A stretch of 64,000 nucleotides of DNA from Chiloscyllium plagiosum (lineage: Eukaryota), in contig NC_057718.1 of the NCBI RefSeq assembly GCF_004010195.1, forward strand, positions 14,394,588-14,458,587. The letters are read 5' to 3'. The position numbers were made by a program, and so were the translations under genes. Below the pieces are notes generated by a model that ran no database searches, was not told the DNA's origin, and worked only from the letters and a program-made list of their open reading frames with translations. Of the stretch, positions 27,227-39,251 are shown piece by piece. Position 1 is the stretch's first letter, and each line of letters begins with the position of its first letter.

Positions 27227-27578
27227 GGGCAGCATGGTGGCTCAGCATTGCTACCTCACTACGCCAGGGATCCAGGTTCGATTCCGGCCTCGGGCAGCTG
27301 TCTTTGTGGTGTTTGCATGTTCTCTCCGTGTCTTTGCAGATTTCCTTTGGGTGCTCCGGTTCCCTCCCACAATCCAAAGATGTCTAAGTTAGATGGATTG
27401 GCCGTGCTAAATTGCCCATTGTGTCCAGGGATGTGTAGGTTAGGTGGTTTAGCCATGGGAAATGCAGGGATACAGGGATAGGGTAGGGGGTTGTATCTGG
27501 GCGAGATGCACTTTGGAGGGTCAGTGTGGATTCAGTGGGCTGACTGGCCTGCTCCCACACTGTGGGGATTCTATGATT
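27227..27578 (+). mobile_element. HE1-like SINE, near full length
   Basis: ggtggctcag..ggttcgattcc head, duplicated internal gatgt..gttag block, LINE-like tail. Confidence 0.85.
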
Positions 27579-27667
27579 CTCTGAACCAAAGCCCAAACCC
27601 AGCAGCCCCAATGTCACCACATCAATGAGCTCAACGCAGGCCAGGGGTTCAGGTATAGCTCATGGCT

Positions 27668-28365
27668 TGTCATAGAGTTATACAGCACAGAAACAGACCC
27701 TTCAGTCCAACTCATCAGTGGGTACCAGATGTTCTATATTAATCTACTCCCATTTGCCAGCATTTGGCCCATATCCCTCTAAACCCTTCCTATCATATAC
27801 CCATCCACATGCCTTTTAAATGTTGTGATTGTACCCACCTTCTCGAGCAGCTCGTTCCAGACGTGCAGCACCCTCTGTGTGAAAATGTTGCCTGTCTAGT
27901 TTTGGACTTCCATACCCTGGGAAAAAGATCTTAACTATTCGCCCTATCCATGACCCTCATGAGTTTATAAACCTCTATAAAGTCACCCCTCAGCCTCCGA
28001 CGCTCCAGGGAAAATAGCCCTAACCTATTCAGCCTCTCCCTTTAGCTCAAACCGTCCAACCCTGGCAACATCCTTGTAAATCTTTTCTGAACCCTTTCAA
28101 GTTTCACAACATCTTTCCATATTGCGTTCAACCAGAGTTGGATGCAGTATTCCACAAGTGGCCTTACCAATGTCCTGTACAGCCACAACATGACCTCCCA
28201 ACACCCATACACAAGGCACTGACCAGTGAAGGTAACCATGCCAAATGCTTTCTTCACCACCTTATGCACCTGTGACTCCACTTTCAAGGAACTATGCACC
28301 TGCACCCCCTACTTCTCTTTGTTCAGCAACACTCCCCAGGTCCCCACCATTAACTGTGTAAGTCC
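27668..28365 (-). mobile_element. CR1-like LINE 3' fragment
   Basis: Encodes LYRTLVRPLVEYCIQLW..KLERVQKRFTRMLPG on the minus strand. Confidence 0.9.
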
Positions 28366-29086
28366 TTGGCTCCGACTCCGAAGGCTATGGGTTCAAGTCC
28401 TACTCAAGTGTGTAATCTGGGCCATACCTTCAGTACCGTCCTGAGGGAGTGCTGCTCTGACAGAATTCCAAGTGAGACATTGAACCAAAATATTGTTTGC
28501 TATCTCACCGGATAGAAAAAAAAATCCCTTGGAGTTATTCAGAGGGGAGTTGGAAGAGGATTTCTCTCTGATGATGTGTCCATCAACCAGCACCTAAAAC
28601 AAGATGTTGTAAAGCTGTGCTTACATTGTGACTGCCAAGTTACAGCACTTCAAAACAGAACAACACTGGAATATTCTGATGCTGCGAATAATGATTGGAG
28701 TTTCTTCCCTGTGTCACCGAGAAAGTCCTGAGCTGCATAAAATGATGACGGGGTCTGGTTGTAGAGTGGAGAGGAAGAGTTCATTTCCCTTAGTGTAGAG
28801 GTCATTAACCAGGATGTAGGTTTGAAGTAATTGGTTGAACGACTAGAGGGAGCGAATTGAAAAGTAATTTATTTTTAAAACTTAGAAGGTCTGAAGCTCA
28901 CTGCTTAGATTAGATTGGATTCCCTGCAGTGTGGAAACAGGCCATTTGGCCCAACAAGCCCACACTGGCCCTCTGAAGAGCAACCCACCCAGACCCATTT
29001 TCATACCCTATATTTACCCCTGATTAATGCACCCAACACTATGGGCAATTTAGCATGGCCAATTCACCTGAACTGCACATCTTTAG

Positions 29087-30126
29087 ACTACGAGAGGAAA
29101 AAGTGAGGACTGCAGATGCTGGGATTCAGAGCTGAAAATGTGTTGCTGGAAAAGCGCAGCAGGTCAGGCAGCATCCAAGGAGCAGGAGAATCGACGTTTC
29201 GGGCATGAGCCCTTCTTCAGGAATGAGGAAAGTGTGTCCAGCAGGTTAAGATAAAAGGTAGGGAGGAGGGACTTGAGGGATCCAAGGAGCAGGAGAATCG
29301 ATCTGCCACATCTGCCCCCAGGAGGACCAATTCCAATACCGAACAACCCAGATGGCCTCCTTCTTCAAAGACCGCAATTTCCCCCCAGATGTGATCAACG
29401 ATGCTCTCCATCGCATCTCCTCCACTTCCCGCTCCTCCGCCCTTGAGCCCCGCCCCTCCAATCGCCACCAGGACAGATTCCCACCGGTCCTCACCTACCA
29501 CCCTACCAACCTCCATATACATCATATCATCCGTTGTCATTTCTGCCACCTCCAAACGGACCCCACCACCAGGGATATATTTCCCTCCCCTCCCCTATCA
29601 GCGTTCCGANNNNNNNNNNNNNNNNNNNNNNNNNNNNNNNNNNNNNNNNNNNNNNNNNNNNNNNNNNNNNNNNNNNNNNNNNNNNNNNNNNNNNNNNNNN
29701 NNNNNNNNNNNNNNNNNNNNNNNNNNNNNNNNNNNNNNNNNNNNNNNNNNNNNNNNNNNNNNNNNNNNNNNNNNNNNNNNNNNNNNNNNNNNNNNNNNNN
29801 NNNNNNNNNNNNNNNNNNNNNNNNNNNNNNNNNNNNNNNNNNNNNNNNNNNNNNNNNNNNNNNNNNNNNNNNNNNNNNNNNNNNNNNNNNNNNNNNNNNN
29901 NNNNNNNNNNNNNNNNNNNNNNNNNNNNNNNNNNNNNNNNNNNNNNNNNNNNNNNNNNNNNNNNNNNNNNNNNNNNNNNNNNNNNNNNNNNNNNNNNNNN
30001 NNNNNNNNNNNNNNGCCCCTCCCCCAAGTCCCTCCTCCCTACCTTTTATCTTAGCCTGCTTGGCACACTTTCCTCATTCCTGTAGAAGGGCTCATGCCCG
30101 AAACGTCGATTCACTATGAGAGGAAA
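29087..30126 (+). mobile_element. Penelope-like element: inverted pLTR, ORF fragment (RT-to-endonuclease linker), gap, and 3' pLTR
   Basis: TSD ACTA(C/T)GAGAGGAAA at 29087-29100 and 30113-30126. ORF from 29352 reads MASFFKDRNFPP..PVLTYHPTN..IFPSPPLSAFR. Hammerhead motif on - at 29191-29220, and a mutated copy on + at 30080-30109. Confidence 0.85.
29610..30014. other. Assembly gap (405 N)
   Basis: Run of N. Confidence 1.
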
Positions 30127-30399
30127 CTGGAGCACCCGGAGGAAACCCACGCAGACACAGGGAGAATGTGCACACTCCACACGGACAGTCGCCCGAGGCT
30201 GGAATCGAACCCAGGTCCCTGGCACCATGAAGCAGCAATGCTAACCACTGAGCCACCGTGCTGCCCGCCTGTGCCGCTTGGAAGGGTGTTAGGTCCAGAA
30301 AACCCCTCGTTACATTAGAGAAGAAACACTTGGATATACTTGAAGTGCTGTTACTTGCAATTTGATGAGGAAAGAGAAGGAAGTATAATGTCAGGTGCG

Positions 30400-33135
30400 G
30401 CGCCTCAAAAACAGGGGAGGCCCTTCAAGAATATAGAGGGGGCAGGGAGTTACTTAAAAAAGAAACTCAGAGGGCAAAGAGGTGTCACAAAATATCCTTG
30501 GCAGATTGGATCATGGAATGCCCAAGGCTTTTGGTAAGTATATTAAGAATAAGAGAATTACCAGGGAATGGGTGGGACACATGAGAGACCAAACTGGCAA
30601 CCAGTGCTTGGAGCCTGAGGACATGGGTGAGGTCTTAAATGAATACTTCTCATCTGTATTCGCGGAGGAGAAAGACATTTCATCCTTGGATTTCAGTTGA
30701 GATGGTGAGGTTCTAGAGCATTTTAAGATTAATAAGGAGGAGGTATCAGATGTTTTAGCAGGTATAAAGATGCGTAAATCCCCAGGGCCTGATGAGATGT
30801 ATCCCAGGCTGCTATGGGAAGCAAGGGAGGAGATTGCTGGGGCCCCGATAGATATATTTAATACTTCACTGGCCACTGGTGACATTCCAGCTGACTGGAG
30901 GATAGCTAATGTGGTTCCATTATTCACGAAGGGCAGCAGATATATGCCAGGTAATTATGGACCAGTTAGTCTGACAGTTAGGGAAAGGATTATTCAACAC
31001 TTGGAAAACCAGGGAATGATGGGGGAAAGTCAGCACTGATTTGTTAAGGTGAAATATAGAATTGAACGATTTATTGTCACTTGTATTCTAAGTGAATAAT
31101 ACAGTATAATACAGTGAAAAATTTCAACTGTCTCCACAATCCAGTGCAATTTTGAATAGCTTAAAAATAAAGGAATAAAAAGATATATAGTTGAAAGAGA
31201 GTCCATCTTTGTTTCACTGCCTCTGGGAAGAGTCCTGAGCTGGATCACCATCGACACCTGTGCCACCATCTCCTCGCCACCGCCTTGTGCCAGACCCATC
31301 AACGTCGGAGTCACCAATCTTCAGGCGCCAACGGTTCACCCCTTGGCCCACCTTGCCAGTGCCGGTGCCGGATCCCGTGTTGGTCCCACAGCCCGGAGCT
31401 CCTGGCTCCATTTCTGCTGCTGCCTCAGCAATAATCAGGAAACCAGGACATTCCACTGCCATATTGCTCCCTGGCTCTGGGCCTACCACAACCAGGACAA
31501 TCCACTGCCATATCGCTACCTGGCTCCGGGCCTACCATAACCAGGACAATCCACTGCCATATCGCTCCCTGGCTCCGGGCCTACCACAACCAGGATATTC
31601 CACTGCCATATCGCTCCCTGGCTCTGGGCCTACCACAACCAGGATATTCCACTGCCATATCGCTCCCTGGCTCCGGGCCTACCACAACCAGGATATTCCA
31701 CTGCCATATCGCTCCCTGGCTCCGGGCCTACCACAACCAGGATATTCCACTGCCATATCGCACCCTGGCTCCAGGCCTACCACAACCAGGATATTCCACT
31801 GCCATATCGCTCCATGGCTCTGGGCCTATCACAACCAGGACATTCCACTGCCATATCGCTCCCTGGCTCCGGGCCTACCACAACCAGGACATTCCACCAC
31901 CTTGCTGATAACCTGGGTTCCCTGGCTCCAGGCCTACCTCAACCAATTACTGTCAAATTTAATTGTGTCCTTTAAAAAGGTGACTGAATATATTGATGAA
32001 GATGGTGCGGTTGATGCGGTTTACAGAGATTTCAGCAAGGCCTTTGACAAGGTTCCAATGAAAAACTGGTCCAAAGGGTAAGAACCCATGGCAAGTTGAT
32101 AAATTGGATCTAAAGTTGGCTTCCAAACTGGAGGCAATGGTGGAGGTTTGTTTTCATAAGCCTGTGACTAGTGGTGGACCACGGCAATCAGGGCTGGGAC
32201 TCTTGCTTTTTATTTATCTGCATATGACTTGGATGTGAACGTATAAAGTAAAATGGATAGTTTTGCAAAAATTGATGATGTTTGATAGTGAGGAGTTTAG
32301 TCTGAGGCTGCAGTTTGCTTTTTTTCAGCTAGTAAATTGGACAGAGCGAATTTTATTCTGATAAGTGTTAGATGGTGCATTTTGGGAGGTCCAGTAAGGA
32401 AAGGACATACACAATGAATGGTATGTCCCTAGGGAGTACTGAGGAACAAAGAGAGCTTCGTATACAAGTCCATAGATCCCTGAAGGTGTCAGCACAGATA
32501 GGCAGGATGATGAAGAAGGCATACAGAATGCTTGTCTTCATTAGTCAGGGCATAGAAAATAGGAACGAGGAAGTCTTGCTACAACTTCATAAAACATTGA
32601 TGAGGCCACAGATATAATGTGCAGTTCCGGTCGCCACACTGTCGGAAGTATGCGATCGTACTGGAGAAGGTGCAGAGGAGATTCACCAGGATATTTCCGG
32701 GGAGGAAATGTCTTATTTATGAAGAGAAACTGGAAAGGCTGGGTTTGTTTTTGTTGGAGCAGAGGAGGTTGAGAGGGAATCTGATTGAAGTATACAGCAT
32801 TATAAGAGGAATAAACTGAGTAGATTGTGAGAATCTTTTCCTCATGGCAGATGTGTCCAAGACCAGAGGGCATAAGTTTAAGGTAAGGAGTAAATGGATT
32901 AGATCTGAGAACATCTTTATTCACCCAAAGGATGGTAAAGATATGGAATGTGCTACCTAAGAGGATGGTGGAGGCAAGTACTGTCACAACCTTTAAGGAG
33001 TATCTGTGTGAGCACTTTAAATGCCAGGACATAGTAGGCTGTGGACCAAATGCAGGGATTGGTGTAGTTTGATATTTGTGTGTCAACATAGAGATGGTGA
33101 GCCAAAGGGCCTGTTTCTATGCTGTATATCTCTTT
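30400..33135 (+). mobile_element. Long decayed CR1-like LINE, interrupted at ~31050-31950
   Basis: ORF2 remnants KSPGPDEMYPRLL..DWRIANVVPLF, DFSKAFDKVP and VQRRFTR appear in order, followed by a 3' tail. Confidence 0.9.
31441..31897. repeat. 49-bp minisatellite, 9 full copies plus a partial copy
   Basis: Unit AACCAGGATATTCCACTGCCATATCGCTCCCTGGCTCCGGGCCTACCAC starts at 31441, 31490 and so on to 31882. Confidence 0.95.
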
Positions 33136-33177
33136 GACAATGTATATCAAGAGCTAGAGAATGTGACTAAGTAGAGA

Positions 33178-33276
33178 GTGGGATTAATTTGAACAATGGC
33201 ATTAATTTGAATAGTGGGATTAATTTGGACAGTGGGATTAATTTGGACAGTGGGATTAATTTGGACAGTGGAATTA
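33178..33276. repeat. 18-bp tandem repeat (GTGGGATTAATTTGGACA, ~5.5 copies)
   Basis: Units start at 33178, 33196, 33214, 33232, 33250 and 33268. Confidence 0.9.
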
Positions 33277-33470
33277 CGGTCCTGGATCAGTGGTGCTGGA
33301 AAAGCACAGCAATTCAGGCAGCATCTGAGGACAGGCAAAATCGACGTTTCGGGCAAAAGCCCTGCCTGTCCTCGGATGCTGCCTGAATTGCTGTGGTCTT
33401 CCAGCACCACTGATCCAGAATCTGGTTTCCAGCATCTGCAGTCATTGTTTTAACCTCGTGGAATTACGGT
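33268..33470. mobile_element. Fold-back Penelope-like pLTR insertion, 13-bp TSD
   Basis: GTGGAATTACGGT occurs at 33268-33280 and 33458-33470. Inverted arms at ~33282-33337 and ~33363-33418. Confidence 0.85.
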
Positions 33471-35355
33471 GGCCAGGGCATTCTGTAGTCAGCAAAGGCA
33501 CGAACATTCCACCAGCCTCCTCCTGTGCTATAAATAATCTATTTGTCTTGAAAGAGGTCATGAAAGATGCTATATAAATGCAAGTTTTTTTTTAACTTTC
33601 TGCCTGGTTTGTACAGCTCAATCACTCCCTCACTAAGCTACTCAGCTTGAGTATCTTTCTGCCAACCTTGCAAGTTCAGAGTGGTTTAAAGAGACTCTCT
33701 CTGCAGATTGTTTTGTCTGTCTGGGCATGAGTAGAATTTGCCTTCCCTCCACCCGGCCACCGAAGGTCTTCGAACCCAGGGTTTTTATTTTGAGGATCTG
33801 CTTCATATGAGGCAGTAAAGTTCTGATTTATTTTAAGTGTTATCACTCCATACCTGAGTGTTGATGAATCAGATCCTGGCTGATAAACTGTCATAAGTAC
33901 TCTCCATTTCAATCACGAACCAGTGAAAGTGAAGCTGTTGTAACAGTGCGTTGTGTTATCACTCAACGACAGACAGGCTCCAGCATCTTTGAAGAGGGTG
34001 CAGTGGTGTTTGATCTAATTATGTCGACTCGACGCAGCAGGGCTCTGAGCTTCTGGAGTGTCACTGGCTGTTGGTGTGAGGGAGATGAGGGGAAGGGGAG
34101 GGAGGAGAAAGGAGGTAAGTGGGGAATCACATGAATACGAACCCTTTGCATCTAGCAGCAGTCTTACATTGTCACCCTGTGTTCCCACCCTCAATCCTAT
34201 TGTTTCCATCCATTTCTCTCGATGTTTTACATTGTTTTGCATGTTGTCACACTGACACTGAAACTGCTGGTAAATATTGCATCCATTGGACAGTGGCGCA
34301 TGTCTCTACCATGATGGTAGCTTATCCTGTCATTTACTTCGTGTGTAACATCTACGGCAGGAGTGTCATCCCTTTTATACAAGATCCTGCGCTTTGTAAC
34401 AGAGGCAGTGCTAAGGTGCCACTTTCCTGACAGGACATTAAACCTAAGGCTGTATCTGCCCTGTCTTGTAGATAGAAATAAAAAAAAATCCCATTAGGGA
34501 CACTTTAGGAGAAGAGCAGGGGAGTCACAGAATATATGGTTGTAAAAGAAAGCCATTCAGCCCATTGTGTCTGCACCAGCCTCTCCAGGTGAACAACATG
34601 ATTTTAGGCCTTCCTCTGGCCCTTTCCTGGTAACTGTCCGTATTTTTCTACCATGTAATCATCCAACATCTTTTGATTACCTCAATTGAACTTGCCTCCA
34701 TCATACTCCCAGGTAATGTTTTCCAGATCTGAACCACTCACATTTTTTTTTGTCACATGGTATTTGCTTCTCTTACAAATTATAATAAATCAAATCGAAT
34801 CTTATTCTCCATCCTTTCATAAGTGAGACCAGTTTCTCCTTACTTGCTCTGGCCAGACCCCTCATGGTTTTGTATGCTTCTATCAAGCTCCTCTTAGCCT
34901 TCTCCTTGCAAAGGTAGATAGTCCCAACTTCTGCAGTCTATCTTTGACATGCTGGCCAATGTCCATCCCTCATTCAACACCTAACAATGGGGTCATCCAG
35001 TCATTGTCACATTGCCTTTTGCAGGACCCTGCTGCTTGCAAATTCCTTGCATTTTCACCAGTGATTTTAAAAATATGTTTCACTAGATGTCATGCAGTTC
35101 AGGAAATTGTGAAAAGCAGTGTATAAATGCAAGCCTTTATTCTTTCAATGATGTAACATTTCAACTGGTTCACATGTTGAAATGAAATATCAATAACAAC
35201 CTTAACCAGGTTCAGTGGTGAGGGTGGAATAAACAGTGTAGATTAAACAGTTTTTAATTCCCATTTATTGCCCATCCCTAGTTGCCCTTGAGAAGGTGGA
35301 GGTAGGCTGTCTTCTTGAAGTAATCCATTGGTGTAGGTACATCCACAATGTCATG

Positions 35356-35400
35356 GGCGGGGGGGGGGAGGGAGGGAGGGAGGGAGGGAGGGAGGAAGAG
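35356..35400. repeat. poly-G/(GGGA)n tract with G-quadruplex potential
   Basis: gggcggggggggggagggagggagggagggagggaggg. Confidence 0.85.
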
Positions 35401-37994
35401 GAAGGTGAGCGGCTTGGAGGGAAATTTATAGGAGGTGGTTGAAATAACGCCATTAAAGCCAGTGTCCCATAACTAAGTCACCCCATTATATACTCATGCG
35501 TGACACTGACCCAGCTAGTACACATCCAGCTCCTAGAGTGAACAAAACCTTGCTGCTCCTTTTGCTTTTCCTGGTAATATTTTAAAAATTTTATTAAACA
35601 ATAAACAGTTTACAAAACAATTAACATTAACAGCTGTATGCAGAGAAACAGCAATTTTACAAGGGAGAGGAGTGGTAAAGCCAGGCCCCAAACCCCACCG
35701 TTCAACCAGTTTTCAGGGAAGTGAGGACAAACCTCAAAACCCACTTTCCATCATCACTAAACAGTCACAAGCCCATATAAGACAGTCCAATTACATAAAA
35801 AACAGTGCATACAATACAGACACCCCAATATAATCCAGCAAGCCACCCATCATTCCACCTTCCGGCTACTCTAAAGCTGCCCACCCCTACACCCCTTCTG
35901 GCCATGCTCCTGCTTTTTTTTTCTCACTCCTGTTCCCAATCCCAAACAGCCCCAATCAGAAACCTCGTGTTCTATGAGGGCCGCTTGGCTGACTTTGTTC
36001 CAGTCACTACAGTGGTGTTCCAAAGTATCTGCTGTCCTTGTGCCTTTACGTGGTAAAGACCAGGAGTCTGGAAGGTGCTGCTGAAGGGGGCTTGGTAAGT
36101 TGCTGCAGTGCATCTTGTAAGTGGTATTCACTGCTGTCACTGTGGATGGAGTAGTAGATGTAGTGCCAGTCAGGTGGGCTGCTTTGTCCTGGATGGTGTC
36201 AAACCTCTTGAGTTCACCCATTCCAGGTAAGTGGGGAGTATTCCAACACAACCCTGACTTGTGCCTTGGAGTTGGTGGGGTGGACAGGCTTTGGGGATTC
36301 AGGAGGTGACTTTCCTTGATCCAATAAGGTGGCATAGTGAGAGTTGATCGTGACTAAAAATGTGTTCCTTTTGTTTATTCAAATGAAATTCCAGTTGTTC
36401 AGCTGAAAATTTTAATCAGTGGTTGTTATGCTGTGAACTATATTTTGATCATGCCTTTAACAAATTATTTCCAAAAGTTCGATTCAAGGCAAACCCTCTA
36501 TATTTGGAGAAGGGTTGCAGCTTTTGAGTTCCAGGGAAACGATTATTTTGTAATTAATTGAATTTGCATAGTAAATGAGGCCTAATTAACATAATTCATT
36601 AATCCATTATCCCTAATGGCATGACAGTTATTCCATTCAACTTTCTTAAAGATAAGGTGAGCAATTTCTCAGTGTTATAAGGGAAGGTTTAGCAGCTAAT
36701 TAACTGAATTTACATATGCAGATGAGGGAGTGTTTGGATGACCCATTAATATGTTCTTTCTCACGCTTTGATGATTTATAGCCTCCTGGTTCAGCTGAAA
36801 CAAAGTCTTAAAGTATAACTAAGTTAATGGTTCCGTTTTTCAGCTGGAAATAGTGTGGATATTTTAGAATTCACTATCATTCAGAGTGGAAGAGGTAGAG
36901 CTACTAGAGTCAAATCATGTGCAGTTACACATCTGTGGAAATCAGGGAATCGCAGTGAGAGATACCCTGTTCTTCCGGAATCTATATGCCGTTAAGTGTC
37001 TCAGTGAAAAATCTGCAGGATTGTGGGACTTACCTGATTGATGACTACTAAAGATGTCAGGAGATGTTGCTGCTAGTCCATTCCAGTGTATGTGCTTTTT
37101 CATTGTGTGATAAGTCTTAAATGTCCACTGAGGTAAGCACAAAGGTCCTGTCTTCTGAACCTTGCCTTTCTCCTGAGGAATGGTGACCCTCAGGTTAAAC
37201 TCACTGACAGTCACCTCGCTCTCTTCTGCGAGAACAGCCCCACAGTCCTCTGGGACTGTGGCGACTTTATCAAAGTCTCAAATCCCACCAAACAGCCATT
37301 TTGGCAGTGAAAATTAGCATTTATAAGTGTGGTGACTGGGTATAATTGCAACATCTAAAAGACATTTGGATAGGTGCATGAACAGGAAAGGTTTGGAGGG
37401 ATATGGACCAGGAGCAGGCAGGTGGGACTAGTTTAGTTTGGGATTATGTTTGGCATGGACTGGTTGGACCGAAGGGTCTGTTTCCATGCCGTATGACTCT
37501 ACGGTGCCCCATTCCTTCAATATTTAATCATTGTTTCAGTTAACAAGTTTTAAAAACTCCTTATTTCTGATTCTCATCTATCTCATGATCCGATATTTTG
37601 TTCCTCCACTTGTTTTAGCTTTCTTTACATGATTTGACAACAAGTTCACTATTTTGACTTCCTGGTTCAGACTCTGTACTGCTCATGAATAATTTTTCAG
37701 CCTCCTTATCGAGAGATAGCTAGACAGTTGCTCACCCTGTTTCAAGTACCAAGTCCATCCCCCTGTCTACACACAGGCTACTGAGCTAAATGGCTCAGTT
37801 TGTGCAGGGTCCAGAGCAGAGAGACCCATTGAAAGTTAAAGGACATGTATAAGTGTACTGACCAGCTGAGGCACTGACAGGAAAACCCAAGCCAGTACAT
37901 GTGTGACACGGAGAATACCAACACTTACTTCCTCCCAGGGATTTTACACAGGTCCAAATCTAGACAGCACAGCTTCACCAGAAGCAAAAGGTTT

Positions 37995-38580
37995 GATTAT
38001 GCAGCAACAATGTCTCTACATCCTCAGGAGGCTAAGGAAATTCTGCATATCCACAAGGACTCTGACCAATTTTTATAGATGCATCACTGAAGGTATTCTA
38101 TCTAGATGCATCACAGCTTGGTTTGGCAAACGCTTTTCCCAAGACCGCAAAAAACTACAGAGAGTCATGAACACAGCCCAGTCCATCGCACAAAGCAGTC
38201 TCCCATCCACTGACTCCATCTATACTTCCCACAAATTTGGGCAGGCAATGAACAGAAGCAAAGACCCCACCCACCCTGGTTATACTCTCTTCAGCCTCTT
38301 CCTTTGGGTGGAGGATATAAACGTTTGTCTACACGTACGAACAGGTTCAAGAACAGCTTGTTCCCCGCTCTTATTAGATTTCTGAAGGGACGTCTCAAAT
38401 TTTAAATTTAAAGTTGATCACACTCTTAGTGCACAATCTCTGCAGCTGTATCATTGTATTCCTTGCTCTGTTCTATTATCCTGAAGCACTTTGGATGGTA
38501 TGAGCTGCATGTATTGCACACAAAACAAAATCTTTCACTGTACCTAGGTACATGTGACAATAGTAAATCAAATCAAATGA
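37995..38580 (+). mobile_element. Rex1/Babar-like LINE 3' fragment
   Basis: Encodes QQCLYILRRLRKF..LTNFYRCITEGILSRCITAWFG..KLQRVMNTAQSI and ends in the tail gtgacaatagtaaatcaaatcaaat. Confidence 0.8.
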
Positions 38581-39042
38581 AAATTGGCTGGTCTTACCTT
38601 GAGCTTGGGAAGATTGAGAGGTGATCCATCTGATGTGCTTTGTATTGCTATGAGGATGTGACACTGAAGCTGTTTTCTCAGATGGAAAGGTCAGGAATGA
38701 GGGGACCATTATGTTAAAGTTAAAGCTGAGCCAAGTTTAAGAGGGAATATTAGAAAGCTGTTCTAATCAGAAAACCGTAGAAAGATCTGGAACTTGGTGC
38801 CCCAAACCTGTGAAGCTCCATGTCAATAGAAATGTGTCAAAGCCCATGGAGATGTGGGGTTTGTGAGATGCAAGACAGGCTTGAATAATCAAGTGAGGGA
38901 GCAGGCCAGAGGCCTGAATGGCCAGTTATTCCAGAGTTAAGGGTTTTGCATAATCTGACTATGGGGTAACAAAGTTCCCCTTCCACTGGGTGTCCGAATA
39001 ATTAAGTAGAGAGGCCCTGTTGCTTTGCATTGCGTTAGCCAT

Positions 39043-39251
39043 ACTAAAGGTGCCAAATGGGAGAAAGTGAGGTCTGCAGATGCTGGAGATCAGAGTCGAG
39101 AGTGTGGTGCTGGAAAAGTACAGCAGGTCAGGCAGCATCCGAGCAGCAGGAGAATCGATGTTTTGGGCATAAGCCCTTCTCATGCTCCTTGGATGCTGCC
39201 TGACCTGCTGAGCTTTACCAGCACCAAACTCTCGACTAAGGGTGCCAAATG
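39043..39251. mobile_element. Fold-back Penelope-like pLTR insertion, 17-bp TSD (1 mismatch)
   Basis: ACTAA(A/G)GGTGCCAAATG occurs at 39043-39059 and 39235-39251. Confidence 0.85.

Larger units (their letters stand above)
28905..30266 (-). mobile_element. HE1-like SINE split by a Penelope-like insertion
   Basis: SINE halves at ~28905-29100 and ~30113-30266. Confidence 0.85.

Noticed and set aside
31441..31897. CRISPR-like array
   Set aside because: Units are contiguous with no unique spacers, there are no cas genes, and the context is vertebrate.
37165..37270. Hairpin-rich block (cctgagg..ccctcagg) as an ncRNA
   Set aside because: A second diverged copy at ~48400-48470 points to a dispersed repeat tail that I cannot name.
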